A DNA stretch of 64,000 bases from an uncultured Gammaproteobacteria bacterium (lineage in GTDB: Bacteria > Patescibacteriota > Microgenomatia > Levybacterales > GWA1-39-11): contig CAYYLC010000001.1 of NCBI GenBank assembly GCA_964472415.1, positions 239,194 through 303,193 on the forward strand, in the 5' to 3' direction. Numbering within the stretch: the first letter of the stretch is position 1; the number at the start of each line of letters is the position of its first letter. Below the pieces are notes generated by a model. The model was not told the DNA's origin and made no database searches. It saw only the letters and a list, made by a program, of their open reading frames with translations. Shown here one piece after another: positions 33,147-42,897 of the stretch. The translations under genes and the position numbers were made by a program.

Positions 33147-34916
33147 TTATTTTTCAATCCATTGAGCGAGTTTTTCATGAGCATAAGAGTTGATAATATC
33201 CTTCTTCTCACACCATCCTCGTTTTGCGACAGCTATTCCGAATTTCATGTTATTCATGTGGTCAACCGCGTGACTGTCGGTGTTAATAACAAATTGACAT
33301 CCTAGTGCGCGTGCTTGAAATACTAAATCATCGCGGAGGTCAAGCCGAGTAGGCCAAGCATTAATTTCTAGTGCTTTATTTTTTTTCTTTATATATTGAA
33401 ATATTTTCTCCCAATTTGCCTCGTATCCGGGTCTCTGATTAATGAGTCTGCCAGTAGGGTGTGCAAATATTTTAGCTTTGGGATGCTCTAGTCCTGATAA
33501 TATCCTTCTTGTCATTTCTTCTTTTGGTGTTTTAAATGAGCTGTGGATAGAAACAATTGCCATATCAAGTAAATCCATACATCTATCGGAGAGAGCTAGC
33601 TTCCCTGAGGTTAAAATATCTACTTCGAGTAAATTTACTATTCGTATATTTTTATTACTCTCTTTAAGTTGTTCAATTTTATTATTCCTTTTTATGAGCA
33701 ATTCATATATCTGTTTTTCTGTATGATTTCCCACGCTTGGATTGTGTTCTGAGAAGCCGATGTATTCATAGCCAAGCTCGAGCGCTTTATGAATCATTAC
33801 TTCCATAGAATCTTTTCCGAAATCATGGCTTGGTTCAATTGGATAATTTGAATGGATGTGAAAATCACCCTTAATATCCTTTTCCTCAATAAGTATCGGG
33901 AGTTTATTTATACGTGATAGCTCGATTTCACCATTGTTTTCTCTTATTTCTGGTGGAATCCATTCGAGCCCCAGAAAATTATAAAACTTTTTTTCATCTC
34001 CAAACTTCTTGAGTGTTCCGTCTTGTAGCTTTATCCCCTTTTCAGATAATGAATAGCCTTTTTTGATTGCATATTCTCGAAGTTTTACATTGTGTTCTTT
34101 GCTACCTGTGAAATGCTGCAATAAGGAGCCAATTTGATCTGGATTGAGCACCATTAGATCAATCTGCTTATTACCCGAAAGAACGATCGAGGCTGTTATA
34201 TACCCCTTTTCTATAACTCTATCTTTGTAGGGATAATTTACAAAATGCTCAATAACCTTTGTAGGATTATCAGAGGTGATTGCAATATCAACATCACCAA
34301 TAGTTGATTTTTGTCGTCTTAGACTGCCCAGAGGATATGCCTCCTGAACTGCTTTCTCTTCTTTTAAATACTGCAAAATACTATCTGCAATTTCTTGAGC
34401 AAGAGGGAGCACCATGCGTGCTGATTTTGTTTTTCCAAGTCGATATTCTTCTATTGCCGTTATGATATCTGCTTGAGATTTTTCTCCAAAGCTCTCAAGT
34501 GACGATATTCTATTTTCTTTTGCAAGTTTATATATATCATCGATTACTTTTCTTGGATTGGTGAGGTTAAATGCATTTACTAATTTGAATGCCTTTTTGG
34601 GTCCGAATGATGGTACATCGAGAAGTGGAAATACCGCTGGGGAGATTTGTTCAAGAATAGACTCAAAATGTTCGACTTTCCCTTTCTCAAATAATTCTGT
34701 TAAATATGCCTGTATGCCTTTTCCTATTCCTGGAAACTTATCAAGCGCATTCTCTTTAAGAAGGGTCTCTATTTCTTTGCTGGATGACTCTATAGAATCA
34801 GCAGCTTTTTGGTAAGCAAGGATTTGAAATCGGTATTTTGCTTCATTTTTTATAGCATATGCGCCAGCAATTTTTTTTAAAAGTCGTGCGATCTCCTCAT
34901 TCTTAAAAGAGTACAT
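33147..34916 (-). CDS. polX: DNA polymerase X with PHP domain
   Basis: GSLRR..IGDVD, HFTGSKEHN, IPPEIRE, DFHIHS, AHPTGR, TDSH. ATG 34916 is preferred. Confidence 0.93.
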   Translation of the reverse strand: MYSFKNEEIARLLKKIAGAYAIKNEAKYRFQILAYQKAADSIESSSKEIETLLKENALDKFPGIGKGIQAYLTELFEKGKVEHFESILEQISPAVFPLLDVPSFGPKKAFKLVNAFNLTNPRKVIDDIYKLAKENRISSLESFGEKSQADIITAIEEYRLGKTKSARMVLPLAQEIADSILQYLKEEKAVQEAYPLGSLRRQKSTIGDVDIAITSDNPTKVIEHFVNYPYKDRVIEKGYITASIVLSGNKQIDLMVLNPDQIGSLLQHFTGSKEHNVKLREYAIKKGYSLSEKGIKLQDGTLKKFGDEKKFYNFLGLEWIPPEIRENNGEIELSRINKLPILIEEKDIKGDFHIHSNYPIEPSHDFGKDSMEVMIHKALELGYEYIGFSEHNPSVGNHTEKQIYELLIKRNNKIEQLKESNKNIRIVNLLEVDILTSGKLALSDRCMDLLDMAIVSIHSSFKTPKEEMTRRILSGLEHPKAKIFAHPTGRLINQRPGYEANWEKIFQYIKKKNKALEINAWPTRLDLRDDLVFQARALGCQFVINTDSHAVDHMNNMKFGIAVAKRGWCEKKDIINSYAHEKLAQWIEK

Positions 34917-34948
34917 ATTATGTATAATAATAACACGCACAAATCTCA

Positions 34949-34977
34949 TTGACGATAGGGTGTCAATCTGCTAGTAT
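34949..34977 (+). promoter_or_regulatory. sigma70-type promoter for tRNA-Asp
   Basis: TTGACG-17 nt-TAGTAT ending 15 nt before the tRNA. Confidence 0.5.
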
Positions 34978-34992
34978 ATTGAAAATAATCGT

Positions 34993-35069
34993 GGGGTGGT
35001 AGCTCAGTTGGCTAGAGCGCTTCCCTGTCACGGAAGAGGTCGCGGGTTCGAGTCCCGTCCATCCCGCCA
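34993..35069 (+). tRNA. tRNA-Asp (GTC)
   Basis: Acceptor GGGGTGG/CCATCCC, anticodon arm CTTCC-CTGTCAC-GGAAG, TTCGA T-loop, encoded CCA. Confidence 0.97.
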
Positions 35070-35258
35070 CGTTGCAGCAGATTTTGCGTTTTGCGCTCAG
35101 TTTGATGCTCCTTATTACAAGTCAGAATATAGTCTTGTAATAGAGGATAAAAAACGGTTGAGGTCTAGATGTGAATAGTTCTTTATGAGCTCGATCTAGT
35201 CAAGTACACCTTGCCCTTATTACTAAGATCTTCTGCCCAGAAAGGAGGCGACTTCTTA

Positions 35259-35912
35259 ATGGCTAAAAAAAAGACAACCAAAACAACAAGAAAGAAAAAC
35301 AATAATAATTTCGACATTAAACGGCTTATGGATTCTTCAGGTTCATACAGAAATCTTATTTATGGAGTAGTAACTGTTGTAGTATTGTTTCTTATTATCT
35401 TTCTTGGAATGAGAACTCTTTCTCAGAACCAAGGTGAGGTAAATGAAGGAGCAGTAACAACAAACGAAACAGCAGATCAGAAACAATACGAAGTTGTTGA
35501 AGGGGATACTCTTTGGGGTATTTCAGAAAAAGTGTATGGAACAGGATTTAATTGGCAACAAATTGCTGAAGAGAATAATCTGGAAAATCCAGGAGTAGTG
35601 GAAGCAGGAACAACGCTTATAATTCCTGAGGTTTCACCTACTACAGATCCAGCTATAGCGCAAGACATGACTGATGAGCAGACAGTAAGTGAGGTAACTA
35701 TCTCGCCAACTGCAGTATCTCAAGAATCAGATGATCTCCAGGAAGGGTCTGAAACCGTGACTCGTTATACAGTAGAAGCGGGTGATAATCTGTGGAATAT
35801 AGCGGTAGCTCAATATAATGACGGATATAGATGGGTGGATATTGCTCGTGTGAATAACCTGGTAAATCCTGATTATATTCATGTTGGGAATAATTTGGAA
35901 ATTCCGAGATAA
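35259..35912 (+). CDS. Membrane-anchored protein with two LysM domains
   Basis: Basic N-terminus and TM; YEVVEGDTLWGIS and YTVEAGDNLWNIA LysM motifs. AGGAGG at 35243-35248 supports ATG 35259. Confidence 0.9.
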   Translation: MAKKKTTKTTRKKNNNNFDIKRLMDSSGSYRNLIYGVVTVVVLFLIIFLGMRTLSQNQGEVNEGAVTTNETADQKQYEVVEGDTLWGISEKVYGTGFNWQQIAEENNLENPGVVEAGTTLIIPEVSPTTDPAIAQDMTDEQTVSEVTISPTAVSQESDDLQEGSETVTRYTVEAGDNLWNIAVAQYNDGYRWVDIARVNNLVNPDYIHVGNNLEIPR

Positions 35913-35990
35913 AGAGGTATTCTAGATAGAGAGTCTTATTTATCTCGGGTTTCTGACTTGGGATTAAGAGACGAAAGTTTTCGTTGGTCT

Positions 35991-36064
35991 GCGAGGTTCG
36001 TACACCGGTAGTATGCCACCTTCCCAAGGTGGAGAAACGAGTTCGATTCTCGTACCTCGCTCCA
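35991..36064 (+). tRNA. tRNA-Gly (CCC)
   Basis: Acceptor GCGAGGT/ACCTCGC, anticodon arm CCACC-TTCCCAA-GGTGG, T-arm ACGAG-TTCGATT-CTCGT, encoded CCA. Confidence 0.95.
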
Positions 36065-36158
36065 GATATAGAGAGGACAGAGAAGATTTTTTCCGGAAGT
36101 TTTCAGGAAGCCTTGTTTTTTTGTAAAAAATAGGATGGTAAATTCAATAAAGATTATA

Positions 36159-36187
36159 TTGACAGTATTTTTTGGATTTGATATATT
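36159..36187 (+). promoter_or_regulatory. sigma70-type promoter of pyrG (leaderless-type spacing)
   Basis: TTGACA-17 nt-TATATT, with the GTG start 5 nt downstream. Confidence 0.65.
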
Positions 36188-36192
36188 AAGTC

Positions 36193-37851
36193 GTGCCGAA
36201 AAAGAATAGAACAAAATATATATTCGTTTCAGGCGGAGTTATTTCAGGAATAGGGAAAGGAATAACAGTTGCCTCGACGGCTCTCCTTCTCAAAAACTCC
36301 GGATACAAGATTTCCCCAGTAAAATTCGAAAACTACTTGAATCAAGATGCTGGCACGATAAACCCCATAGAGCATGGAGATGTTTTTTTGTGTGAAGATG
36401 GGACTGAGAGCGATATGGATATCGGGACGTATGAGAAATTCCTCAACGAAGAAATGGGGAGTGATAACTTCGTTACTATAGGAAAGATTTATAAATCTGT
36501 GATGGATCGAGAGCGCGCTTTCGGATATAAGGGTGAAGATGTAGAGGCGATTCCGCACGTTACTGATGAAATTCTGAAGAGAATTATATCGCTTGGAAAA
36601 AAGAATGATTCCGATATTGTATTAGTAGAATTGGGAGGCACTGCTGGAGAGTATCAAAATATTTTATATTATGAGGCAGCACGGCTTTTGACCCTTCGAT
36701 ATCCTGAAGATGTTATTCATATCCATGTAAGCTATGTTCCAGTTCCGAAACACTTGGGAGAGCCCAAGACTAAACCTACGCAACTTTCAGTAAAAACGCT
36801 TAATTCTATGGGCATCCAGCCAGATTTTATAGTTGCGCGATCTGAGAAGGTAATTGATAAAAGGCGTGCAGAGCGGTTTGCGCTTTTTTGCAATATGCAC
36901 ACAGAAGATATTATTTCCAATCCCGATCTTGAGAGTGTTTACGAGCTTCCGCTCGTTCTTGCTGAGCAAAAATTTTCAGAAAAAATACTTCGTAAGCTGG
37001 GGCTCCCCGTACGACCCCCGAAGTTAGATGAATGGAAAGATCTCATTAAAAAGATAAAATCTACAAAGAAAAAACAAGTTGAGATTGCAATTATCGGGAA
37101 GTATTTCTCTACTGGGAATTATGAATTGAGAGATTCTTATGCAGCGTTATTTGATGCAATAGATCATGCTTCATGGGCAGTAAATACAAAAATAAATCTC
37201 AAATGGATTGATGCACAGAAAATAGAAAAAGAAGGAGTTTCGATAATAGGAAAGCCGGATGGGATCATCGTGCCAATTGGTTGGGGGGAGCGAGGTGCAG
37301 AGGGAATGATTGCAGCAGCATCTTATGCACGAGATAAGAAGATTCCATACTTGGGGCTTTGCTATGGGATGCAGCTTGCGGTAGTTGCATATGCCCGTGA
37401 TATCCTCGGGCTGAAAGGGGCAAATACAGAAGAGAACGAACCTAAATCAGAGCATCCTGTTATTCATTTCATTCCTGAGCAGAAAGAACTCATGGAGCGT
37501 CGTGCATACGGAGGGACAATGAGACTTGGTGGCTGGGATGCCAAAGTTAAAGAAGGGACTTTGCTTGATAAAATTTATGGAGAACATGACTCCTATAAAG
37601 ACAAAAAAAAGAAGATTGTGAGTGAGCGACATCGGCATAGATACGAGTTTAATGACGCATATGAAAAGGATTTTTTGGAGCATGGACTCATTATTTCAGC
37701 AAAATCAGTAGTCGAGAATCTCGTTGAGGCAATAGAGTTACCGAAAGAAAAACACCCATTTTATGTTGCAGTTCAAGGTCATCCTGAGTATAAAACGAGT
37801 CTTACTCATCCCCACCCCTTATTCCTAGAATTCATAAAAGCTACTTTGTAG
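36193..37851 (+). CDS. pyrG: CTP synthase
   Basis: GGVISGIGKG, KTKPTQ, LGLCYGMQ, ERHRHRYE, QGHPEY. Confidence 0.97.
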   Translation: MPKKNRTKYIFVSGGVISGIGKGITVASTALLLKNSGYKISPVKFENYLNQDAGTINPIEHGDVFLCEDGTESDMDIGTYEKFLNEEMGSDNFVTIGKIYKSVMDRERAFGYKGEDVEAIPHVTDEILKRIISLGKKNDSDIVLVELGGTAGEYQNILYYEAARLLTLRYPEDVIHIHVSYVPVPKHLGEPKTKPTQLSVKTLNSMGIQPDFIVARSEKVIDKRRAERFALFCNMHTEDIISNPDLESVYELPLVLAEQKFSEKILRKLGLPVRPPKLDEWKDLIKKIKSTKKKQVEIAIIGKYFSTGNYELRDSYAALFDAIDHASWAVNTKINLKWIDAQKIEKEGVSIIGKPDGIIVPIGWGERGAEGMIAAASYARDKKIPYLGLCYGMQLAVVAYARDILGLKGANTEENEPKSEHPVIHFIPEQKELMERRAYGGTMRLGGWDAKVKEGTLLDKIYGEHDSYKDKKKKIVSERHRHRYEFNDAYEKDFLEHGLIISAKSVVENLVEAIELPKEKHPFYVAVQGHPEYKTSLTHPHPLFLEFIKATL

Positions 37852-37897
37852 TATGCAGCCTAGAAATTTCAAAAAAGTTGTTGTATAATATTTACCT

Positions 37898-38143
37898 ATG
37901 AGTGATTTAGATATTAGGCCAAAGAATGTAGTAAAGATTTCTCAGAAAATGACTGAGGGAAAACGCGAACGCGTAATTTCGTTTATAGGAGAGGTTATTA
38001 AGTCTCGTGGGAAAGGCGAGAATAAAATGATTACCGTGAGGCAGAGCATTGATGGAGTAGAGGTAGATAGAATTCTTCCTGTTATGCATCCTTCACTTGT
38101 AACCATAGAGTTGATTCAAAAAAAAGCAAAGAAGAAGAAATAA
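37898..38143 (+). CDS. rplS: 50S ribosomal protein L19 (short, divergent)
   Basis: EGKRERVISFIGEVI, ITVRQ, GVEVDRILP match the L19 core; yraN follows. The RRAKLYYLR tail is absent. Confidence 0.8.
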   Translation: MSDLDIRPKNVVKISQKMTEGKRERVISFIGEVIKSRGKGENKMITVRQSIDGVEVDRILPVMHPSLVTIELIQKKAKKKK

Positions 38144-38178
38144 TCGCTTTTCCCCCTCATTTTTTATATCCTTAATAG

Positions 38179-38526
38179 GTGCGTAGTTTAGGTTTTCAAG
38201 CGGAAAGGTATGCTGCTTATTACTTGCGAGATCAAGGTTATAAAATTTTAGCTCAGAATTTCCATTCTCGATTCGGTGAGATAGATATTATTGCAACAGA
38301 GCGGGAGACTTTAGTATTTGTGGAAGTGAAAATGAGAAGCAGTAGGGTGTTTGGCACTCCGCTTGAAGCAATTACTTACTCAAAACTTCAAAAAATGCAA
38401 AAAACTGCATACTATTTTCTTACTATTCGCAATTATAAAGATGTACCATTTCGATTTGACGCAATAGCGATTAAATTGGAGAAGAATCAAAAAATTATAA
38501 ATCACGTAAAAAATATTACTCTTTAA
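38179..38526 (+). CDS. yraN: YraN family putative endonuclease
   Basis: GEIDII, LVFVEVK, RFDAI. Confidence 0.9.
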   Translation: MRSLGFQAERYAAYYLRDQGYKILAQNFHSRFGEIDIIATERETLVFVEVKMRSSRVFGTPLEAITYSKLQKMQKTAYYFLTIRNYKDVPFRFDAIAIKLEKNQKIINHVKNITL

Positions 38527-39825
38527 TTACTCCTCTGAAAGTTCTTCGTAATCAGAATCGTATATGGGTTTTATTAAAAATCCTTTCATATCAGTGTACC
38601 CAATAAGCATTGGAAAAGTGAGGTGAGAACGATTTGCGACTGTTGCAGTGACAGTTTTCTTCTTTCCTCCTACTTCTACTGTTATGTTTGCAGTGGGCCT
38701 TTCGCTTATTCCATTTGCTGAGAGAATTTTTACTGTTTTTCCGGTGAGCGGAATATTAAGCTCTTCCAGTAACGATTTGTCGATAGATGAGCGTTTGGCT
38801 CCGGTATCCATTTTTGCTTTTACCTTATGTTCTTTGCCATGGTGGTGAATGACAATATCTTGGTTTATAGCAAGTACTGTAGGAGAGATTTTTATTTTTT
38901 CAGAAAAATCTGCAGCAAAGAGATTTTTCCCAATCTCTACCCCTCGTTCTGCTGTGCTAACTGGCATATTTTCTACCCGTTCGAGTCTACTTCTGAGAGA
39001 TGCTCTATTCGCATTTTGTATGGAAAGACCTGGGCGTGCGTTCACTTCTAGGATAAGAGGGCCTCTGATTTTGTCTATTACAATATCTACTCCTGCATAC
39101 CCAAGCCCTACCGTGGTTTGCGTGCGTGCCGCAATTGTGAGGATTTCGTCCCACATGGGAAGCTTTATGCCTCGCGCTTTAATTTTTGTATCAGGGATAT
39201 AGTCTATGTGTTGGTCGTACAGTATTGCTCCGGTCGTAATTCCGGTTCTAATATCGATTCCGAATCCAAGCGCTCCTTGGTGGAGATTTGCTTTTCCATT
39301 TGAAAGACCTGTGGGAAGTCTCAGCATGGCCATAACAGGGACAGAATTAAAGGCGATAACACGAATATCAGGGATCCCTTGATCTCTATATTTTTTAAAA
39401 AAAGGATGGAGAATGACACGTTCTTCGATGAATGCTATATCTGGAAGAAACTGAAGAGAAAATGCCCCTTCGAAGATATCCAGAATATGAGATTCTAGTT
39501 GTTGTATAGAATATGATAAATTTTCGTTAATAAATGCGATATTTTCTTCAAATTTCCGAACTGGTAAAATCCCAAGGCCCCCATAGCCTCGAGCAGGCTT
39601 TATTACAAATCCCTTAGTAGGAAGGGAGGACCAGTTAAAATATCGGAGTGCTTCCCTGTTATAGAAGCCTTGAAGAAGATTTGGTGTGGGGATGCCGTTT
39701 TCAGCTAATATTTTTTTTGTTTCCAGCTTATCGTCTGCAATTCTTTTCGCAGCACGAGAGTTATATTTATTTACATAGAGAAAATTGCGGGCATTCATAC
39801 CCAAGATGTTTCTACTTACCGGCAT
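38527..39825 (-). CDS. Alpha-L-glutamate-ligase-like ATP-grasp protein fused to a retropepsin-like (RimB-type) protease domain
   Basis: LGMNARN, DDKLETK, KPARGYGG, DIRVI, GKANLHQG, LEVNARPGL; C-terminal AKMDTGAKRSSID...PMLIG. Confidence 0.85.
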   Translation of the reverse strand: MPVSRNILGMNARNFLYVNKYNSRAAKRIADDKLETKKILAENGIPTPNLLQGFYNREALRYFNWSSLPTKGFVIKPARGYGGLGILPVRKFEENIAFINENLSYSIQQLESHILDIFEGAFSLQFLPDIAFIEERVILHPFFKKYRDQGIPDIRVIAFNSVPVMAMLRLPTGLSNGKANLHQGALGFGIDIRTGITTGAILYDQHIDYIPDTKIKARGIKLPMWDEILTIAARTQTTVGLGYAGVDIVIDKIRGPLILEVNARPGLSIQNANRASLRSRLERVENMPVSTAERGVEIGKNLFAADFSEKIKISPTVLAINQDIVIHHHGKEHKVKAKMDTGAKRSSIDKSLLEELNIPLTGKTVKILSANGISERPTANITVEVGGKKKTVTATVANRSHLTFPMLIGYTDMKGFLIKPIYDSDYEELSEE

Positions 39826-40765
39826 GGCGAGATATTGAAGTAAATCTGAAATATTCCAATATTCTGAGACCGAAGTAGCGCCCGATAAGAATGTTGATTG
39901 GAATAAGGAGGAAGATGAGTTCCGGGTAAAGAAGGAATGTATTTCTGATAATTTGTGCTGAAAGTATTACAAATCCTACCATTCCGAGCGCAAATGTGAC
40001 GAGGGTAATAACAAGCATTTCTTGAAAGCTTCGTTCCAGCTGTACAGAAATAATTTGTTCGCTCAAGAGAATGAGAAGAAGAATAGGGAAAATAGAGAGT
40101 TGTCTTACAGATAGAACTCCTACCATTGCACTGAGAGTAAGTGCAACAAGGATGATAATTGACACAATAAACATAGACATTGCCATCTTTGGAAGCTGCA
40201 TGATTCGTACTCTTTTCAGGATTATGCGCGCAAAAGTTGAACCGAGAATAATAGATCCCAAAAGAATTAACCCTGCGGTTATTCCCGTAGAGAGAAGTGT
40301 TATAGAAAGCGCGATTGGAACTAAAAGTCCAATGCTGGGAAGCCCTACAACGTGTCTAATAAATGCGATGATGGAGGCAAGCATGGGGAGTAGTAGTATT
40401 AGGATGATTGTTCGTGAAGGAACTCCTGAGCGCACTGATTCTTGGATGAAATATGCTGCGAAGTTAAATGGAGTAAGAGTATCTGCAGGACGTCGTTCGA
40501 ACAATACGAATACTTCGTCTCGAGATGCAGGTTCTTCAGGTCGTGTAACGTCTTCTTCTGCAATCCGTCTTAATTCATTAAGCTCTTCTGCGGAAGGAGA
40601 GGCGTCAGCTGACCTTGTAGCAGTTTCTTCTTCAAGTTCTTCTTCTGCAGAAGTAGGCGTGAGATTCTGTCTTATTTGTGCGGATACGCTATCTGCGAAT
40701 AAAGAAAGTCCAAGTGAAAAAATGACAGATAGCAATATCAGTTTTTTAAATCCGATATTTATCAT
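39812..40765 (-). CDS. 7TM-domain membrane protein of the type linked to ATP-grasp ligases
   Basis: Signal/TM and acidic segment, then about 7 TMs with RHVVGL and GRYFGLRILEYFRF; overlaps the ligase start. Confidence 0.78.
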   Translation of the reverse strand: MINIGFKKLILLSVIFSLGLSLFADSVSAQIRQNLTPTSAEEELEEETATRSADASPSAEELNELRRIAEEDVTRPEEPASRDEVFVLFERRPADTLTPFNFAAYFIQESVRSGVPSRTIILILLLPMLASIIAFIRHVVGLPSIGLLVPIALSITLLSTGITAGLILLGSIILGSTFARIILKRVRIMQLPKMAMSMFIVSIIILVALTLSAMVGVLSVRQLSIFPILLLILLSEQIISVQLERSFQEMLVITLVTFALGMVGFVILSAQIIRNTFLLYPELIFLLIPINILIGRYFGLRILEYFRFTSISRHAGK

Positions 40766-40796
40766 AATGTATGATTATAGTATATATTATAACTGA

Positions 40797-41282
40797 ATGA
40801 AAATATTGGGTGTAGATCCTGGTCTTGGAAGAACAGGCTGGGGAGTTATCAGAGAAGAGCGAGGAAAAATTACAGCGTTGGAGTATGGATGTATAGAAAC
40901 TGATAAAAATTCAAACGAGGGGAAGAGGATAGCTATTATTTATAAAGAAATAACCATGGCTATTGAAAAGCATCATCCGGAAGCTATTTCAATAGAGAAA
41001 TTATTTTTTAATAAGAATGTAACGACTGCATTAAGTGTGGGACAAGCACGAGGGGTAGTACTGCTTGCAGCGATAAATCACGGGCTTATTATAGGAGAGT
41101 ATACTCCACTTGAAGTGAAAATGGCTGTTGCGGGGTATGGTAGGGCTGATAAGTCTCAGATTGGGGAGATGGTAAAAGTGAGCTTTGGGCTTTCCTCTGT
41201 TCCGAGGCCGGATGATGTAGCTGATGCACTTGCTATAGCGCTTACTCATGCAGTGTCATACAGAATTAGAAATTTGGTTTGA
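40797..41282 (+). CDS. ruvC: Holliday junction resolvase RuvC
   Basis: ILGVDPG, IEKLFF, ARGV, GYGRADK, DDVADALA. Confidence 0.96.
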   Translation: MKILGVDPGLGRTGWGVIREERGKITALEYGCIETDKNSNEGKRIAIIYKEITMAIEKHHPEAISIEKLFFNKNVTTALSVGQARGVVLLAAINHGLIIGEYTPLEVKMAVAGYGRADKSQIGEMVKVSFGLSSVPRPDDVADALAIALTHAVSYRIRNLV

Positions 41283-41304
41283 ATTGCGGTAGTATAGTAG
41301 GGCT

Positions 41305-41877
41305 ATGATTGGGTATTTACGCGGAGAGGTTTTTGAGATATTTGACACGAGTATCATTCTTCTGGTGAACAATGTAGGCTATAAAGTGTTTCCCACGCTG
41401 CAGTCTTTTGAGAAAATACAAAAGGGTGATCAAGCCTCCTTTTATATCACGAGTATTATTAAGGAAGACGAGTTTTCTTTGTATGGATTTGAGAGCATGG
41501 AAGAGAAGAATTTATTTGATCTAATAATCAATATTTCAGGTATTGGTCCGAGAACTGCCAATGCAATCCTTTCGAGATTTAAAATCGATGATATTATGAA
41601 TGCAGTAATAAATTCTGATGACGCATTTTTTACTGGTGTCCCAAGGCTTGGAAAGAAAAATGCGCAGAAGCTTATTATAGAGCTGAAAGGAAAAATAGGA
41701 AGTTTGTCTTCTTTGAGCTTTGCACAGAACAATGAGCGACAGGAGCTTATTATGGCATTGAAAGGATTTGGATATCAAGATAGCGAAATTCAGGGGGTTA
41801 TTATGACGGTGGAAAAAAACGGTGGAACATTAGAGCAGAGAATTGCATTCGCACTCAAACATTTAGGCAGGAAGTAA
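41305..41877 (+). CDS. ruvA: Holliday junction DNA-binding protein RuvA
   Basis: MIGYLRG, VGY, LYGF, ISGIGPR, GKKNAQKLIIELK. Confidence 0.95.
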   Translation: MIGYLRGEVFEIFDTSIILLVNNVGYKVFPTLQSFEKIQKGDQASFYITSIIKEDEFSLYGFESMEEKNLFDLIINISGIGPRTANAILSRFKIDDIMNAVINSDDAFFTGVPRLGKKNAQKLIIELKGKIGSLSSLSFAQNNERQELIMALKGFGYQDSEIQGVIMTVEKNGGTLEQRIAFALKHLGRK

Positions 41878-41880
41878 TAT

Positions 41881-42897
41881 ATGAGCGATATAGATATTTT
41901 AGATCCACAGGAGAAAGAAGCAGATGAGATCGTAATTCAGACGTTGCGTGCTTCATCTTGGAATGAATTTGTTGGCCAAGAGAATGTTAAAAATTCATTG
42001 TTCATATCAATTGAAGCGGCAAAAAAGCGCGAAGAAGCTCTCGAGCACTTATTGTTCTATGGGCCACCAGGATTAGGAAAGACGACAATCTCCCATATTA
42101 TCGCCCGTGAGATGAGTGCAAATATTAGAATAACGTCAGGTCCAGCGCTTGAACGATCAGGGGATTTAGCGTCGATTCTTACGAATCTTTCAGAAGGTGA
42201 TGTGCTGTTTATCGATGAAATTCATCGGTTAAATAAGGTGGTTGAGGAAACACTTTATCCTGCAATGGAGGATTTTGCGCTGGATATCGTGATTGGAAAA
42301 GGCCCATCAGCTCGAACGCTCAGAATGGACTTGCCGAGATTTACCATAATTGGTGCAACCACAAAAGCAGGAATGATTTCAGGCCCATTGAGGGATCGTT
42401 TTGGCGTAATCAATAGGCTTACATTTTATGATACCTCTGATCTTTCTCGGATTATAAAAAATGCAGCAAACAAGCTTGAGATTGAAATAGAAGATGATGC
42501 GGCAGTGTCACTTGCGAGTCGCGGAAGAGGGACTCCGCGGATTGCTTTGCGACTTCTTAAGCGTGCGAGAGACTATGCTGCAATCCATGGGAAAGGAGTA
42601 ATTACAAAGCCAATTGTTGACAAGACGCTTGATGTATTGGAAATAGATAGGATGGGGTTAGATGAATCAGATAAGCGGTACCTTAAAGCAATTGTTGAAA
42701 AATATGATGGCGGGCCCGTAGGATTGGAGACGTTGGCTGCAAGTCTTTCTGAGGATAGTCAAACACTCGAAGAGGTCGTTGAGCCATACCTTATGCAAAT
42801 AGGATTTGTAAAGCGAACAACTCGTGGAAGAATGATAACTGAGAATGCGCTATCTCATCTGGGGATAAATACTTCAAAACAAAAACCCCTCCTTTAA
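41881..42897 (+). CDS. ruvB: Holliday junction helicase RuvB
   Basis: [34 protein letters not shown]. Confidence 0.98.
   Translation: MSDIDILDPQEKEADEIVIQTLRASSWNEFVGQENVKNSLFISIEAAKKREEALEHLLFYGPPGLGKTTISHIIAREMSANIRITSGPALERSGDLASILTNLSEGDVLFIDEIHRLNKVVEETLYPAMEDFALDIVIGKGPSARTLRMDLPRFTIIGATTKAGMISGPLRDRFGVINRLTFYDTSDLSRIIKNAANKLEIEIEDDAAVSLASRGRGTPRIALRLLKRARDYAAIHGKGVITKPIVDKTLDVLEIDRMGLDESDKRYLKAIVEKYDGGPVGLETLAASLSEDSQTLEEVVEPYLMQIGFVKRTTRGRMITENALSHLGINTSKQKPLL

Noticed and set aside
34996-35178. 60-aa ORF
   Set aside because: It is a translation of the tRNA-Asp gene.
35070-35258. c-di-AMP or c-di-GMP riboswitch before the LysM gene
   Set aside because: Conserved core motifs were not found by eye; kept only as a generic structured region.
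40763-40793. dif-like sequence CATAATGTATGATTATAG
   Set aside because: Spacing and arms do not fit dif; better explained as overlapping divergent -10 boxes for the 7TM gene and ruvC.
40071-40796. 241-aa + strand ORF
   Set aside because: Antisense shadow of the 7TM gene; no recognisable motifs.
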